DNA of 64,000 nt, from positions 67,522-131,521 of the forward strand of contig CAVZGV010000004.1 in NCBI GenBank assembly GCA_963774955.1, given 5' to 3'. The DNA is from Candidatus Falkowbacteria bacterium (GTDB taxonomy: Bacteria > Patescibacteriota > Patescibacteriia > CAIXNZ01). The notes beneath the pieces were generated by a model that was not told the origin of the DNA, did no database searches, and worked only from the letters and a program-made list of their open reading frames with translations. Below are positions 19,406-28,947 of the stretch, one piece after another. Positions within the stretch are counted from its first letter, which is position 1, and each line of letters opens with the position of its first letter. The translations under genes and the position numbers were made by a program.

Positions 19406-20007
19406 GCAAAGCAGTGATCACTATTGGCGAAAGCGACGCCCTGACCATTGTTGACGGGCAAAATGATTTCATCTTGCAGACCGGAACTCTTTATGTGACC
19501 GGAGTGGAAGGTGAAACCGACAACGAGGAAATCATCAAACGAATCCAGGAACTATGGTCAAAATTTTCAACCTGGAGAACCACGACTGAAGATTTCCATC
19601 CCGAGAATCACGTGGAACACACGATTTTTGGTCCCCATTGCATTGAAGACACCGCCGGCCAGGAATATCATCCTGACCTGATGAAAATATATGAGGACGC
19701 TGATCTAAATCTATATAAAGGCGAAAATCCGGACATTATTGCCTATTCAATTGCAACCAGCCCTGATTTTCATGACCACATTTCCGATTTGCGCCAACAT
19801 GGCATCAAGAGAGTCTTTCTTGTCGGCTGGGCTTTCACCCATTGTGTGGGGGAATCGGCCATTGCCTATGCGACCCAAGGGTTTGAAACCTTTGTCTTCC
19901 GCGATCTGTCCCGGAGCGTTCCTCCGCCCTATGGCGATCCGGATGCAATGACCAAAAAGCTGGAACTCTACGGGGTCAAGCTGATCACGTCTGACCAAAT
20001 CGCTTAA
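19402..20007 (+). CDS. pncA: Nicotinamidase / isochorismatase family
   Basis: VDGQNDF..G.L.V, DFHP..H, FGPHC, KG, GWAFTHCV. Confidence 0.85.
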   Translation: MSKAVITIGESDALTIVDGQNDFILQTGTLYVTGVEGETDNEEIIKRIQELWSKFSTWRTTTEDFHPENHVEHTIFGPHCIEDTAGQEYHPDLMKIYEDADLNLYKGENPDIIAYSIATSPDFHDHISDLRQHGIKRVFLVGWAFTHCVGESAIAYATQGFETFVFRDLSRSVPPPYGDPDAMTKKLELYGVKLITSDQIA

Positions 20008-20011
20008 ACAC

Positions 20012-20232
20012 TCAGGGTGAGTCCGATTAATTTCGGACTTACCCTTTAGAAAAATGTAACTAACCGCGTTGTCATGGTGAGTCCTTCGACAAAGCTCAGG
20101 ACAAGCATAACGAGTTTATGGTGAGCCAAGCCGAACCAAACCATGACATTACCCCCGCTCATTTGGTTCCATTTTTCTTCTCTCAAACAGGTTGAGAGAG
20201 AAAGTTCTTTCGAAAAACAAAGGAGAAATAAG
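20012..20232 (+). repeat. Structured intergenic spacer type A, copy 1
   Basis: CAGGGTGA hairpin; AGAAAAATG...CATTTTTCT stem enclosing a GTCATGGTGAG..GAACC..CATGAC REP; AAAGTTCTTT; SD. Confidence 0.75.
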
Positions 20233-21165
20233 ATGAAGACTCATAACTATCTCTGGCATGCCTTTGGAATGAACGGGAAAATTCTTAATTGGTGGCCTGC
20301 AGAAAAGAGTAAATTTTCAGCGCCACAAGTTGAACTGGACATTTCTGACATTCAATCCCAGCTTTTTGAGAAGGTGGGTGAGTGGGTAGGAGTTAAGGAA
20401 TCTGAAAATCTTGAAGATGAAGAAATGATCACCCAGCATGTGCTTGAAACTTACCAAGCCTGGGGCAAATTCGGACCTTATGGTGATTTAATCCAAATCT
20501 CCTATGATAGAGACCAGCGCAGAGCGCATATCGATTTCATCGGCCGCCTGGCCTTCCCCAAACCAGCCCTGGCTGCTGACCTGCTTCCGATCATTCGTGA
20601 CGCTGCAGGAAATTTGTTCTTCATCGGCATCACCAGAAAAAAAGAGCCTGGAATCGGCAAACCCGCCTTGATCGGCGGACATCTCGACATCAAAGGCTAT
20701 CATCTAGAAACCGCAGCCGAAGCCCTGATTCACGAAGCCAAAGACGAAGTCGGGCTTAAAATTACAGTAATGAAGCAACATGCGCGCGAAATAAAAACCA
20801 AGCCCTATATGCCCAGGATTCCTGTTTCAGTCGGCTTGAAGGGCTATCCCAAACTGCCAAGCGAACTGCTTCTGGTCGGAACTTTTGAAACCTCGGCCGA
20901 AGAAAAGCTGCTGCATCTGGGTACAAGGCGAGTTTCCCAAACCACAGCTTACACCATGATCATCGACATCCGTGATCGAATATTAACTCCAGATGATGTC
21001 GCTAAGCTGTTTTCCGCCGGAGATGATGCAGCCAGCATCTTTGTTCATCAAATCACAAAAAATCACTGGCTATTCGATTTATTCAATCGCGCCATCTATC
21101 ATCATCAAACGATTTATGTGGCAGCACTGTCACAACTCCGCCGAGAGAGCATAATCAACATCTAA
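20233..21165 (+). CDS. NUDIX hydrolase (ADP-ribose pyrophosphatase-like)
   Basis: PALAAD, ITRKKEPGIGKPALIGG, EAKDEVGL, AGDDA; SD before ATG 20233. Confidence 0.78.
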   Translation: MKTHNYLWHAFGMNGKILNWWPAEKSKFSAPQVELDISDIQSQLFEKVGEWVGVKESENLEDEEMITQHVLETYQAWGKFGPYGDLIQISYDRDQRRAHIDFIGRLAFPKPALAADLLPIIRDAAGNLFFIGITRKKEPGIGKPALIGGHLDIKGYHLETAAEALIHEAKDEVGLKITVMKQHAREIKTKPYMPRIPVSVGLKGYPKLPSELLLVGTFETSAEEKLLHLGTRRVSQTTAYTMIIDIRDRILTPDDVAKLFSAGDDAASIFVHQITKNHWLFDLFNRAIYHHQTIYVAALSQLRRESIINI

Positions 21166-21169
21166 AACC

Positions 21170-21342
21170 CAGGGTGATTCATCAAAGTTACAAACTGCGA
21201 TGAATCACCCTTAGAAAAATGCACCCAAACGCTTCTGTCATGGTGAGCATAGTCGAACCATGACGGGACATCCGCTGATTTGGTTCCATTTTTCTTATCT
21301 CAAGTATCTTGAGGTAAAAGTTCTTTACAAAGGAGTACCAAG
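21170..21342 (+). repeat. Structured intergenic spacer type A, copy 2
   Basis: Same architecture as 20012-20232, sharing ATTTGGTTCCATTTTTCTT and AAAGTTCTTT. Confidence 0.75.
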
Positions 21343-22128
21343 ATGAAAAAAATATTTGTACTGGCTAAAAGAGATGACCAGCCTAAATTTGTCAAAGCCA
21401 AAGAAGAAATTATCGACTGGCTGCGCCAAAAAAACTGTCTGGTTACTGAAACCAAACAAGCTGAACTTATTTTGGTCTTGGGAGGTGACGGCACCATGCT
21501 CAAAGCGATCAGACAACATGGAGTCAAAGGGATTCCGTTTTGTGGTCTGAATTTCGGCCATAAGGGCTTTTTGCTGAACGAATATAAGCGCGGAGTACTA
21601 ACCCAAATCATGAAAAACAAACTGGAGTACATCACCGCGCCTCTTCTGCAGGCCAAACTATTCAACCGCAACGGCCAGGAACTGGGTTTGATTTATGCTT
21701 TCAATGATATCTACCTGGAACGCAGTACCACCAACACCGCCAAACTGCACATCACTGTCGGACAAAAAATCCGCTTTGATCCCCTGATTGCTGATGGTGT
21801 GATTGTTTCCAGCGCAGCGGGCTCTACTAGCTACAACGCCTCAGCCGGCGGCGTAGTTGTGCCGATTGAAACCAACAGTCTGATTTTGACGGGAATTTGT
21901 CCGGCCATTTTCCACCAGTGGAAAAGCAGCCAATTGGCGGCTGACAGCACCATTACCATCACAGCCACGGAACTGGACAAGCGTCCGGTTCGTCTGGTTG
22001 CCGACGGTGAAGAAGTGAAAAACGCAGTCAAGGCTGTCATTTCCTATTCGGACCAAAAAGTCCGGATCGCTTTTGTCACCACCCAGGATTTCCGGAGCAA
22101 AGTTCTTAACCTGCAATTTCCTGAATAA
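21343..22128 (+). CDS. nadK: NAD kinase
   Basis: LGGDGTML, GLNFGHKGFL, FND, ADGVIVSSAAGSTSYNASAGG. Confidence 0.92.
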   Translation: MKKIFVLAKRDDQPKFVKAKEEIIDWLRQKNCLVTETKQAELILVLGGDGTMLKAIRQHGVKGIPFCGLNFGHKGFLLNEYKRGVLTQIMKNKLEYITAPLLQAKLFNRNGQELGLIYAFNDIYLERSTTNTAKLHITVGQKIRFDPLIADGVIVSSAAGSTSYNASAGGVVVPIETNSLILTGICPAIFHQWKSSQLAADSTITITATELDKRPVRLVADGEEVKNAVKAVISYSDQKVRIAFVTTQDFRSKVLNLQFPE

Positions 22129-22140
22129 AGGAGGCTACAA

Positions 22141-23376
22141 ATGGCTATCATCTCTTCCCTGCTGGACACTGACTTTTACAAGTTCACCATGGGTCAACTG
22201 GCTTTTCTCTTTTATCCGGACATCGAGGTGGAATACACCTTCAAGTGTCGGAATAAGAATTTCCGGCTGGCTGACTTTATCAACCAGGATCGGCTCCGCG
22301 AGGAACTGATCGCCACCAGAGCCCTCAAGTTCAAGCACAGCGAGTTGCACTACCTGCGCGGCACCAATGAATATGCGGAACGCATGTTCAGCGAACCCTG
22401 GCTGGAGTTCCTGAAAAAAATGGACATGCCTGAATTTGAACTCCTGTCTGTCCAAGACGGCAACATTGTCTTGAGCTTCCGCGGTAAATGGCCCGAAGCC
22501 ATTTACTGGGAAACTCTGGCCCTGTCCATCATCAATGAGCTTTATTATGAAGCTCTGATGAAAAACATGACTGCTTTCAAAAAAGACGTCATTCTCAGCC
22601 AAGGCAAAATCCGGCTGGACGAAAAGATCAAAATGCTCAAAACCAGACCTGATGTTACTTTCATCGAGTTCGGCACCAGACGCAGATTTTCCCGGGACTG
22701 GCAGGACTATGTGGTTCAGGCTCTCAAGTCTGAACTTAAGCCTAGCCAGTTCCTCGGAACATCCAACACCTACCTGGCCATGAAGCATGACCTGATTCCC
22801 ATGGGCACTTCGGCTCACGAAGTGTACATGGCCTATTCCGGCATTTATCATGGCAGCGACGAGGAAATCCTCGCATCCCACAACAAGTCTCTGCAGGAAT
22901 GGTGGGATCTGTACGGCTTCGGCTTATCCGTTGCCCTGACAGATACTTACGGCTCGGACTTTTTCTTCCGCGACATGACAGAAGAGCAAGCCCGCAAATG
23001 GAAAGGCCTGCGTCAGGATTCCGGCGATCCTATCGTCTTTGGTGAAAAAGCCATCAAGTTCTACGAGAACTATGGCATTGATCCCAAGACCAAGCTGCTC
23101 ATCTTTTCCGATGGCCTGGATATCCAGACGATTTTCAAGATTGCTGATCACTTCAAGGACCTGATCAAGGTGTCCTTTGGCTGGGGCACGAACCTCACCA
23201 ACGACTTAGGCCTCAAGCCTTTGTCCATGGTCATCAAGCTGACCAAATCCAACGGCCATGGCACAGTCAAACTTTCCGACAATCTGGCCAAAGCCATGGG
23301 CTCTGACTATGATGTCGAACGTTTCAAACGCATCTTCGGCCACACCGTGACCGACAGAATTGATACGAAATACTAA
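22141..23376 (+). CDS. pncB: Nicotinate phosphoribosyltransferase
   Basis: SLLDTDFYKFTM, EFGTRRRFS, GTSN, GTSAHE, LTDTYG, RQDSGDP, FSDGL, FGWGTNLTND, KLSDN. Confidence 0.95.
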   Translation: MAIISSLLDTDFYKFTMGQLAFLFYPDIEVEYTFKCRNKNFRLADFINQDRLREELIATRALKFKHSELHYLRGTNEYAERMFSEPWLEFLKKMDMPEFELLSVQDGNIVLSFRGKWPEAIYWETLALSIINELYYEALMKNMTAFKKDVILSQGKIRLDEKIKMLKTRPDVTFIEFGTRRRFSRDWQDYVVQALKSELKPSQFLGTSNTYLAMKHDLIPMGTSAHEVYMAYSGIYHGSDEEILASHNKSLQEWWDLYGFGLSVALTDTYGSDFFFRDMTEEQARKWKGLRQDSGDPIVFGEKAIKFYENYGIDPKTKLLIFSDGLDIQTIFKIADHFKDLIKVSFGWGTNLTNDLGLKPLSMVIKLTKSNGHGTVKLSDNLAKAMGSDYDVERFKRIFGHTVTDRIDTKY

Positions 23377-23381
23377 AAACC

Positions 23382-23542
23382 TGGCCCTCCGTATTTCATC
23401 AACGTTAGCGAACTTCGGAGGGCCCTCTACTCAAATTATTTTTAGGTGAACCAAAATCCAGAATCTATAATCTAGAATCTAGAATCCAAAAAAATAATTT
23501 AGGCGGAGAAAGTTCTTTTCAAAAAAACAAAAGGAGAAAATC
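23382..23542 (+). repeat. Structured intergenic spacer type B, copy 1 (others at 24702-24861, 26647-26851, 27866-28022)
   Basis: GC hairpin, CTCAAATTATT...AATAATTTA stem enclosing AGAATCT/AAAATCT heptamers, AGTTCTTT-like motif, SD. Confidence 0.8.
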
Positions 23543-24694
23543 ATGCAAGTAGTTTACGCAGGTGAAAAAATTCCAACCAGCTGGAAAAAATCCATTTTCC
23601 TGGCTGGCCCAACTCCCCGAGACAAAAATGTTGTCTCATGGAGACCTGAAGCTTTGGCCATCTTACAGGCCAAAGGTTATGATGGCGTAATTTTCGCTCC
23701 GGAAAATCGGGACGGTCAGTCCAGACCCAATTATAATGACCAAGTCGAATGGGAAAACGAAGGACTTAACCGCACCGATGTTATTTTGTTCTGGGTACCG
23801 CGGGAACTGAAAACCATGCCCGCCTTTACCACTAATGTGGAATTCGGCGAATGGTTCAAATCCGGCAAAATCGTTTTGGGCTTTCCCCAGGACGCGCCCA
23901 ACATGAGATATCTGGAAAGCAAGGCCAAAGCTTTCAACGTTTCCTGCGCAGATACGCTGGAGGCAACGATTGATCTGGCCTTGAACATGCTCGGCGCCGG
24001 CGCGGATAGAAATAACGGAGAAACCTATGTGCCTTTACACATCTGGCAGACACCGGCTTTCCAAAACTGGTACCAGAATCTCAAAGCAGCCGGTAACCGG
24101 CTGGACTCAGCTCGAGTCGAGTGGGTTTTCCGCGTTGGTCCCAAGAAAAACTTTGTTTTTCTCTGGGTCCTGTATGTTGATGTTTTCATTACCAAGGAAA
24201 ACCGCCACAAAACCAACGAAGTCATTCTGGCTCGCCCGGACATTGCCACCATCCTGATGTACAAACCCGCAAAAATTTTGCTGGAAACTGAGATTGTCCT
24301 GATCCGGGAATTTCGCAGTCCGGTTTCCAACTCTGACGGCTATGTCTGGGAAATCCCCGGCGGTTCATCTTTCAAACCGAAAGAAGATCCCAACAAACTC
24401 GCAGCGCATGAAGCTTTTGAAGAAACCGGGATGGAAATTCTAGCCGAACGTTTCAAAGCAATCGATGCCAGGCAACTCTGCGCCACACTGTCCACTCACA
24501 AGGCTCATCTGTTTGCCGTGGAAGTAACCGATGATGAAATCAATTGGTTACGCCAGCAGCAAGGAGTTGCTCACGGCGTAATCGAAGACACGGAACGCAC
24601 TTACGTGGAAATAAAAACCCTTCAAGAAATTCTGGCTCAGAATCTGGTTGACTGGAGCATACTCGGCATGATCCTCTCAGTCTTAATAAAATAA
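23543..24694 (+). CDS. Nucleoside 2-deoxyribosyltransferase-like domain fused to a NUDIX domain
   Basis: IFLAGPTPR..SWR, QVEWE..GL, FWVPR, TTNVEFG; C-terminal LIREFRSP..WEIPGG...EAFEETG. Confidence 0.82.
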   Translation: MQVVYAGEKIPTSWKKSIFLAGPTPRDKNVVSWRPEALAILQAKGYDGVIFAPENRDGQSRPNYNDQVEWENEGLNRTDVILFWVPRELKTMPAFTTNVEFGEWFKSGKIVLGFPQDAPNMRYLESKAKAFNVSCADTLEATIDLALNMLGAGADRNNGETYVPLHIWQTPAFQNWYQNLKAAGNRLDSARVEWVFRVGPKKNFVFLWVLYVDVFITKENRHKTNEVILARPDIATILMYKPAKILLETEIVLIREFRSPVSNSDGYVWEIPGGSSFKPKEDPNKLAAHEAFEETGMEILAERFKAIDARQLCATLSTHKAHLFAVEVTDDEINWLRQQQGVAHGVIEDTERTYVEIKTLQEILAQNLVDWSILGMILSVLIK

Positions 24695-24861
24695 ACTCTT
24701 TAGGCCCAGTACCGAGCTTTGCTCTGGTGCTGGGCTATCTACTCAAATTATTTTTGTTAATCAAAATCTAAAATCCATAATCTAGAATCTATTATCTACA
24801 AAAATAATTTAAGTAGGGATAGTTCCTTAAATTTTAAAGAAACACAAAAGGAGAAATAAAG

Positions 24862-25680
24862 ATGACCATGCCGAGAGATTTAATTTTGGTTCGCCACGGA
24901 CAGTCCGAAGGCAACCTGGTAATTATGCAATTGGAAAAGCAAGGACTGCCAGTGCCGGATGAATATTACCGCAAGCACACAGCTCACTGGCGTCTGACCA
25001 GCAAAGGAGTACAGCAGGCGGAAATAGCAGGACAATGGCTGCGGCAGAACTTGGTTACCGAATTTGACCGCTACTATGTTTCTGACTATGTCAGGGCCAA
25101 AGAAACAGCCGCCTTACTCGGGCTGAAACAGGCTTCCTGGGGCATCAACATTTACCTTGGCGAACGCAACTGGGGTATTATGGATCGATATACTGAAGAA
25201 GAAAGAAACAAAATCTTTGAGATTGATTTAGTAACCAAGAAGATCCACCCCTTTTACTGGACCCCGCCCCGCGGCGAATCCATGGTTCAGCTGTGCCTGC
25301 GTCTGGAAAAAGTCCTGGAAACTCTGCATCGCGAATGCGCTGATGGCCGGGTTATTCTAGTCTGTCACGGCGAGGTAATGTGGGGCTTTCGGATCATTCT
25401 GGAAAGAATTCCTCCGGACAAATACGTGAAACTTGATGAATCCAAAAATCCTTTTGACAGGATTCACAACTGCCAAATTCTGCACTACTCGAGAAAAAAT
25501 CCCGGCACTGGTCAGCTTTCTGACCATCTCGACTGGATGAGGTCTCTTTGTCCGACGGATCTGAGTTTATCTGCCAATGCCTGGCAAGAAATTAGCCGAC
25601 CGCGGTTTACCAACGAACAGCTGCTGAAACATGCAGCCAAATTTCCTCGGGTAATCGATAATCAGGAGGAAAAATCATGA
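24862..25680 (+). CDS. Histidine phosphatase (phosphoglycerate mutase family)
   Basis: LVRHGQSEGN, LT.KG..QA, S.Y.RA.ET, ERNWG, P.GES, VCHG. Confidence 0.9.
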   Translation: MTMPRDLILVRHGQSEGNLVIMQLEKQGLPVPDEYYRKHTAHWRLTSKGVQQAEIAGQWLRQNLVTEFDRYYVSDYVRAKETAALLGLKQASWGINIYLGERNWGIMDRYTEEERNKIFEIDLVTKKIHPFYWTPPRGESMVQLCLRLEKVLETLHRECADGRVILVCHGEVMWGFRIILERIPPDKYVKLDESKNPFDRIHNCQILHYSRKNPGTGQLSDHLDWMRSLCPTDLSLSANAWQEISRPRFTNEQLLKHAAKFPRVIDNQEEKS

Positions 25681-26639
25681 TTGACAAAATCGCTCACGGC
25701 CAGGGCCAGATGAGAGCCCAGTCTTTTTCCATTCAGGTTTCTGACCGGGAAAAATGCAATGCGGGCTGCAAATTTTGCATCTCGCGCACCACGCCCGGAG
25801 ATTCCCAAAGAATTCTGATTCCAAAGATGCAAGAGACAAAACCCAAGCTCTGCGACTTTGACCGCCTTAAAATCGGCCTGAATTATGCCAGAAGTCTGGG
25901 TGCAACTCATGCTATCCTGACTGGCAAGGCTGATCCGCTTCAGGAGCCGACCGAAGAGCTGTGCAAATTGCTTCAGCTCTGCCGGGAATATCTGCCGCTC
26001 GCGGATATGCACACTAATGGATTACTCCTCCATCCTGAATTCAATAGAGGAAATGACCTGACCCAGCTCAAACAAGCGGGTTTAACCATGATCACTATTT
26101 CTCTGGCATCCTTCAACGAGCAGCAGAACTTTGAACTGATGCGCATCAAAAAAAGCGCCGCTGACCTGATTAAACAAGCAGCGGATCTTGGCCTGCTGGT
26201 GCGCTGCTCCCTGGTCGTCAATGCTCAGGGAGTCGCTGATGTGGCAGGCGTGATTGATTATTGCAGACAAGCCGGTGAGCTCGGCGCTCATATGGTCGTG
26301 GTTCGCGAAGTCTGGGTGCCTGAAATCTATGGCGAGCGCAACCTGGGAGTCTACGATTGGAACAAAACCAATAAGATCAACATCAAGCCGATCCAGGACC
26401 ATTTCATTGAAATTTGCCATAAGAAAAATGATTTTGGCCTATGCCAACTTGATCCTTTGCCATGGGGCACTCCGGTCTTTGGCATGGCCGGTGTCTTTAC
26501 CAATCAAGATCACGGGGTAAACATCACCTTTGCCTGTTGTGACGAAGGCACCACCGGTTCGGTCATCAAGTCTATCGTGCACAAACCCAACGGCCACGGT
26601 TACGGTAATTGGGATCATGGTGGTCGTATCCTTTATTAA
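25677..26639 (+). CDS. Radical SAM protein of unknown function
   Basis: CNAGCKFC, ILTGKADP, HTNG; ATGA coupling to the phosphatase gene. Confidence 0.88.
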   Translation: MIDKIAHGQGQMRAQSFSIQVSDREKCNAGCKFCISRTTPGDSQRILIPKMQETKPKLCDFDRLKIGLNYARSLGATHAILTGKADPLQEPTEELCKLLQLCREYLPLADMHTNGLLLHPEFNRGNDLTQLKQAGLTMITISLASFNEQQNFELMRIKKSAADLIKQAADLGLLVRCSLVVNAQGVADVAGVIDYCRQAGELGAHMVVVREVWVPEIYGERNLGVYDWNKTNKINIKPIQDHFIEICHKKNDFGLCQLDPLPWGTPVFGMAGVFTNQDHGVNITFACCDEGTTGSVIKSIVHKPNGHGYGNWDHGGRILY

Positions 26640-26851
26640 ATTTTTAGGGCGAATCCCGCGACGCAGGATTCGCCCCTCTACTCAAATTATTTTTAGGTAA
26701 TCAAAATCTAGAATCTATGCCGCGTAGCGGCATCCCGCTTCGCGGGAAAACCTAAAATCTAACTAAAAATAATTTAGGCGGAGACAGTTCTTTTCAAAAA
26801 CATTTAACCAAGTCGCCGTCGCTAAAGCTATGGCGACTAAAGGAGAAAAAA

Positions 26852-27859
26852 ATGAGCAGAGACAAAGTAAGAGCCATGTTTTTGGGAGTGGCCATCGGCG
26901 ATGCCCTGGGCATGCCAGTGGAAACAAAAAACTTTTTGGAAATCGAAACTGAGCATGGCCGCGTAACAGATTATCTGGATCCCGGTAACCATAAATGGTT
27001 CAAAGGGTTTCAGCGCGGACAATGGACTGATGATACCCAAGCCACCTTGGCTGTGCTCACATCCCTGATTATTCAAGGCAAAATTGACTTGGCTGATATG
27101 GCTCAGAGACAGATAGACACAATGAACGAATGTTCAAAGGGCTGGGGACGCAGCACCAAAAACTCTCTTCGTGCAGTTGAACGCGGGGTTCACTGGCTGA
27201 AATCAGGTAATCCCCAGGGAGCCGGCAATGGCGTGGCCATGAAAATCGCGCCGCTGGCAGCCTATCTGGCCGCTCCCAATACCGATCATGCCATTGCCGA
27301 AAATGTTGCCGAACTGGCACTGATGACCCATCAGACTGACATGGCGGTACTTTCCGGCTTTGTCCAAATGCACGCTTTGTCATATTGCCTCAATTGCGTC
27401 GACGAAAATCGCCCTTTTTCCGCCGAAGGTCTGTTACAGTATGTTCTGCGCTACGGCAAAGCAGTCAAAGTCATGCTGCGCGAAAAAAAATATCAGCTGA
27501 CCTATCTGCAGGAGGATTTCCTCGGCCGCTTTGCCGCAATGATGTGTCTGTTTGATGAATTCAAGCAGATGACACCGGCCAAATTGGCCGAATGTTACGG
27601 CGGCGCTGACTGCTATGTTTACAATTCGCTGCCATTCACCATTGCCATGTTCCTGCGCAATCCGCATTCCATTGAAACTCTTTACGACACGGTCAATGCC
27701 GGCGGCGACACAGATACCAATGGTTCCATGGTCGCTGCTCTGCTCGGCAGCCTTAACGGCACCAAGATTTTCCCAGCGCATCTGATTGACGGCCTGTGGC
27801 AGAAAGACCGGATTCTCCAGGTCGCCAATGACTTCTGCGACCGTTTCCAAATCAAATAA
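26852..27859 (+). CDS. ADP-ribosylglycohydrolase (DraG/ARH family)
   Basis: GVAIGDALG.PVE, WTDDT, GNGVAM.IAP, TH, GGDTDTNGS. Confidence 0.93.
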   Translation: MSRDKVRAMFLGVAIGDALGMPVETKNFLEIETEHGRVTDYLDPGNHKWFKGFQRGQWTDDTQATLAVLTSLIIQGKIDLADMAQRQIDTMNECSKGWGRSTKNSLRAVERGVHWLKSGNPQGAGNGVAMKIAPLAAYLAAPNTDHAIAENVAELALMTHQTDMAVLSGFVQMHALSYCLNCVDENRPFSAEGLLQYVLRYGKAVKVMLREKKYQLTYLQEDFLGRFAAMMCLFDEFKQMTPAKLAECYGGADCYVYNSLPFTIAMFLRNPHSIETLYDTVNAGGDTDTNGSMVAALLGSLNGTKIFPAHLIDGLWQKDRILQVANDFCDRFQIK

Positions 27860-28022
27860 ACTCCCGAGGCGTGAATTCCTAAATTCAGGAGTTCACGCCT
27901 CCTAACTCAAATTATTGTTCCGCCCAAAAATCTAAAATCTAGAACCTAAAATCCAACAATAATTTAAGTTAGGAGGGAAAGTCCCTTAACAATTTTAAAA
28001 AATACCAATAGGAGGTTTTCAG

Positions 28023-28934
28023 ATGAACAAGCAAATCCTGTACTACTGCCCGCAAATGGCTGACCTGGCGCCAAAAATCAAAACGCTTTGTCCTGATCTT
28101 GTTTTGGGAAACATTTCCTGGGACTTTTTCCCTGATGGTTTTCCCAACATCAAAATCAACGACGTCAAAATGGCCAAAAACGCAGACGTTATCTTTCTGG
28201 CCAGTCTGGACAGCCCGGCTGAAATTTTCAATCAGCTGAGCGTAATCTATGCCCTGCCCCGCTACCTGGTAAAATCGCTCAAAGTGATTTTGCCCTTTTA
28301 CCCGACTGGAACCATGGAAAGAATTGAAACTCAAGGTGAGATTGCCACGGCCATGACCTTGGCACGGATGCTGTCAGCAACGCCAATGACGCAAAGTGGC
28401 CCAACACAAATCATCATCTATGACATCCATGCACTCGGAGAACAGTTTTATTTTTCCGATCAGGTGCTAGTCAGACTGGAAACAGTGGCTGATTCTTTGA
28501 TCGAACTTTTTCCCAAAGATGAATACGATCTGGCTTTCCCTGATGACGGCGCTTACAAACGCTTTGCCCGTTATTTCCCGGGTTATCCCGAGATCATCTG
28601 CCAAAAAGTTCGCGATGGTGATAAGCGCATCATTCAGATCAAAGAAGGAAAGCCTCGGGGCAGAAAAATTGTCATGATTGACGATTTGATCATGTCCGGC
28701 GGAACACTTCTCGAATGCGCCCAAAAATTGCTTGAAGCCGGAGCCCTTGAAGTTCTGGCCTATGCCACCCATCCGGTTTTCCCGGTCAACTCCTGGAAAC
28801 GGTTCATAACCAGCGACATTCTTAAAGTCGTGGTGACTGATTCCTGCCCCAAAACCGTGGCCACAATCAAAGGTCAGCCGAAATTTCAGATAATTTCTCT
28901 GGCCGACAAAATCGCCAACATCATAAACGAGTAG
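28023..28934 (+). CDS. prs: Ribose-phosphate pyrophosphokinase, class II (plant PRS3/4)-like
   Basis: FPDGFPN, LPFYPTGTMER, DIHAL.EQFYF, FPDDGA.KRF, IDDLIMSGGTL, ATH.VF, TDS. Confidence 0.9.
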   Translation: MNKQILYYCPQMADLAPKIKTLCPDLVLGNISWDFFPDGFPNIKINDVKMAKNADVIFLASLDSPAEIFNQLSVIYALPRYLVKSLKVILPFYPTGTMERIETQGEIATAMTLARMLSATPMTQSGPTQIIIYDIHALGEQFYFSDQVLVRLETVADSLIELFPKDEYDLAFPDDGAYKRFARYFPGYPEIICQKVRDGDKRIIQIKEGKPRGRKIVMIDDLIMSGGTLLECAQKLLEAGALEVLAYATHPVFPVNSWKRFITSDILKVVVTDSCPKTVATIKGQPKFQIISLADKIANIINE

Positions 28935-28947
28935 AAAGGAGTTCAAG

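Noticed and set aside
20143-20232. N-terminal extensions in the ORF track (also 12175, 19384, 50473)
   Set aside because: Strong SD sequences support downstream ATGs; most of the extensions run through structured spacers or UTR sequence.
25677-26639. Prokaryotic viperin
   Set aside because: Only the generic CxxxCxxC is shared; viperin-type N.H...CNY.C.FCF and SGGEP motifs are absent.
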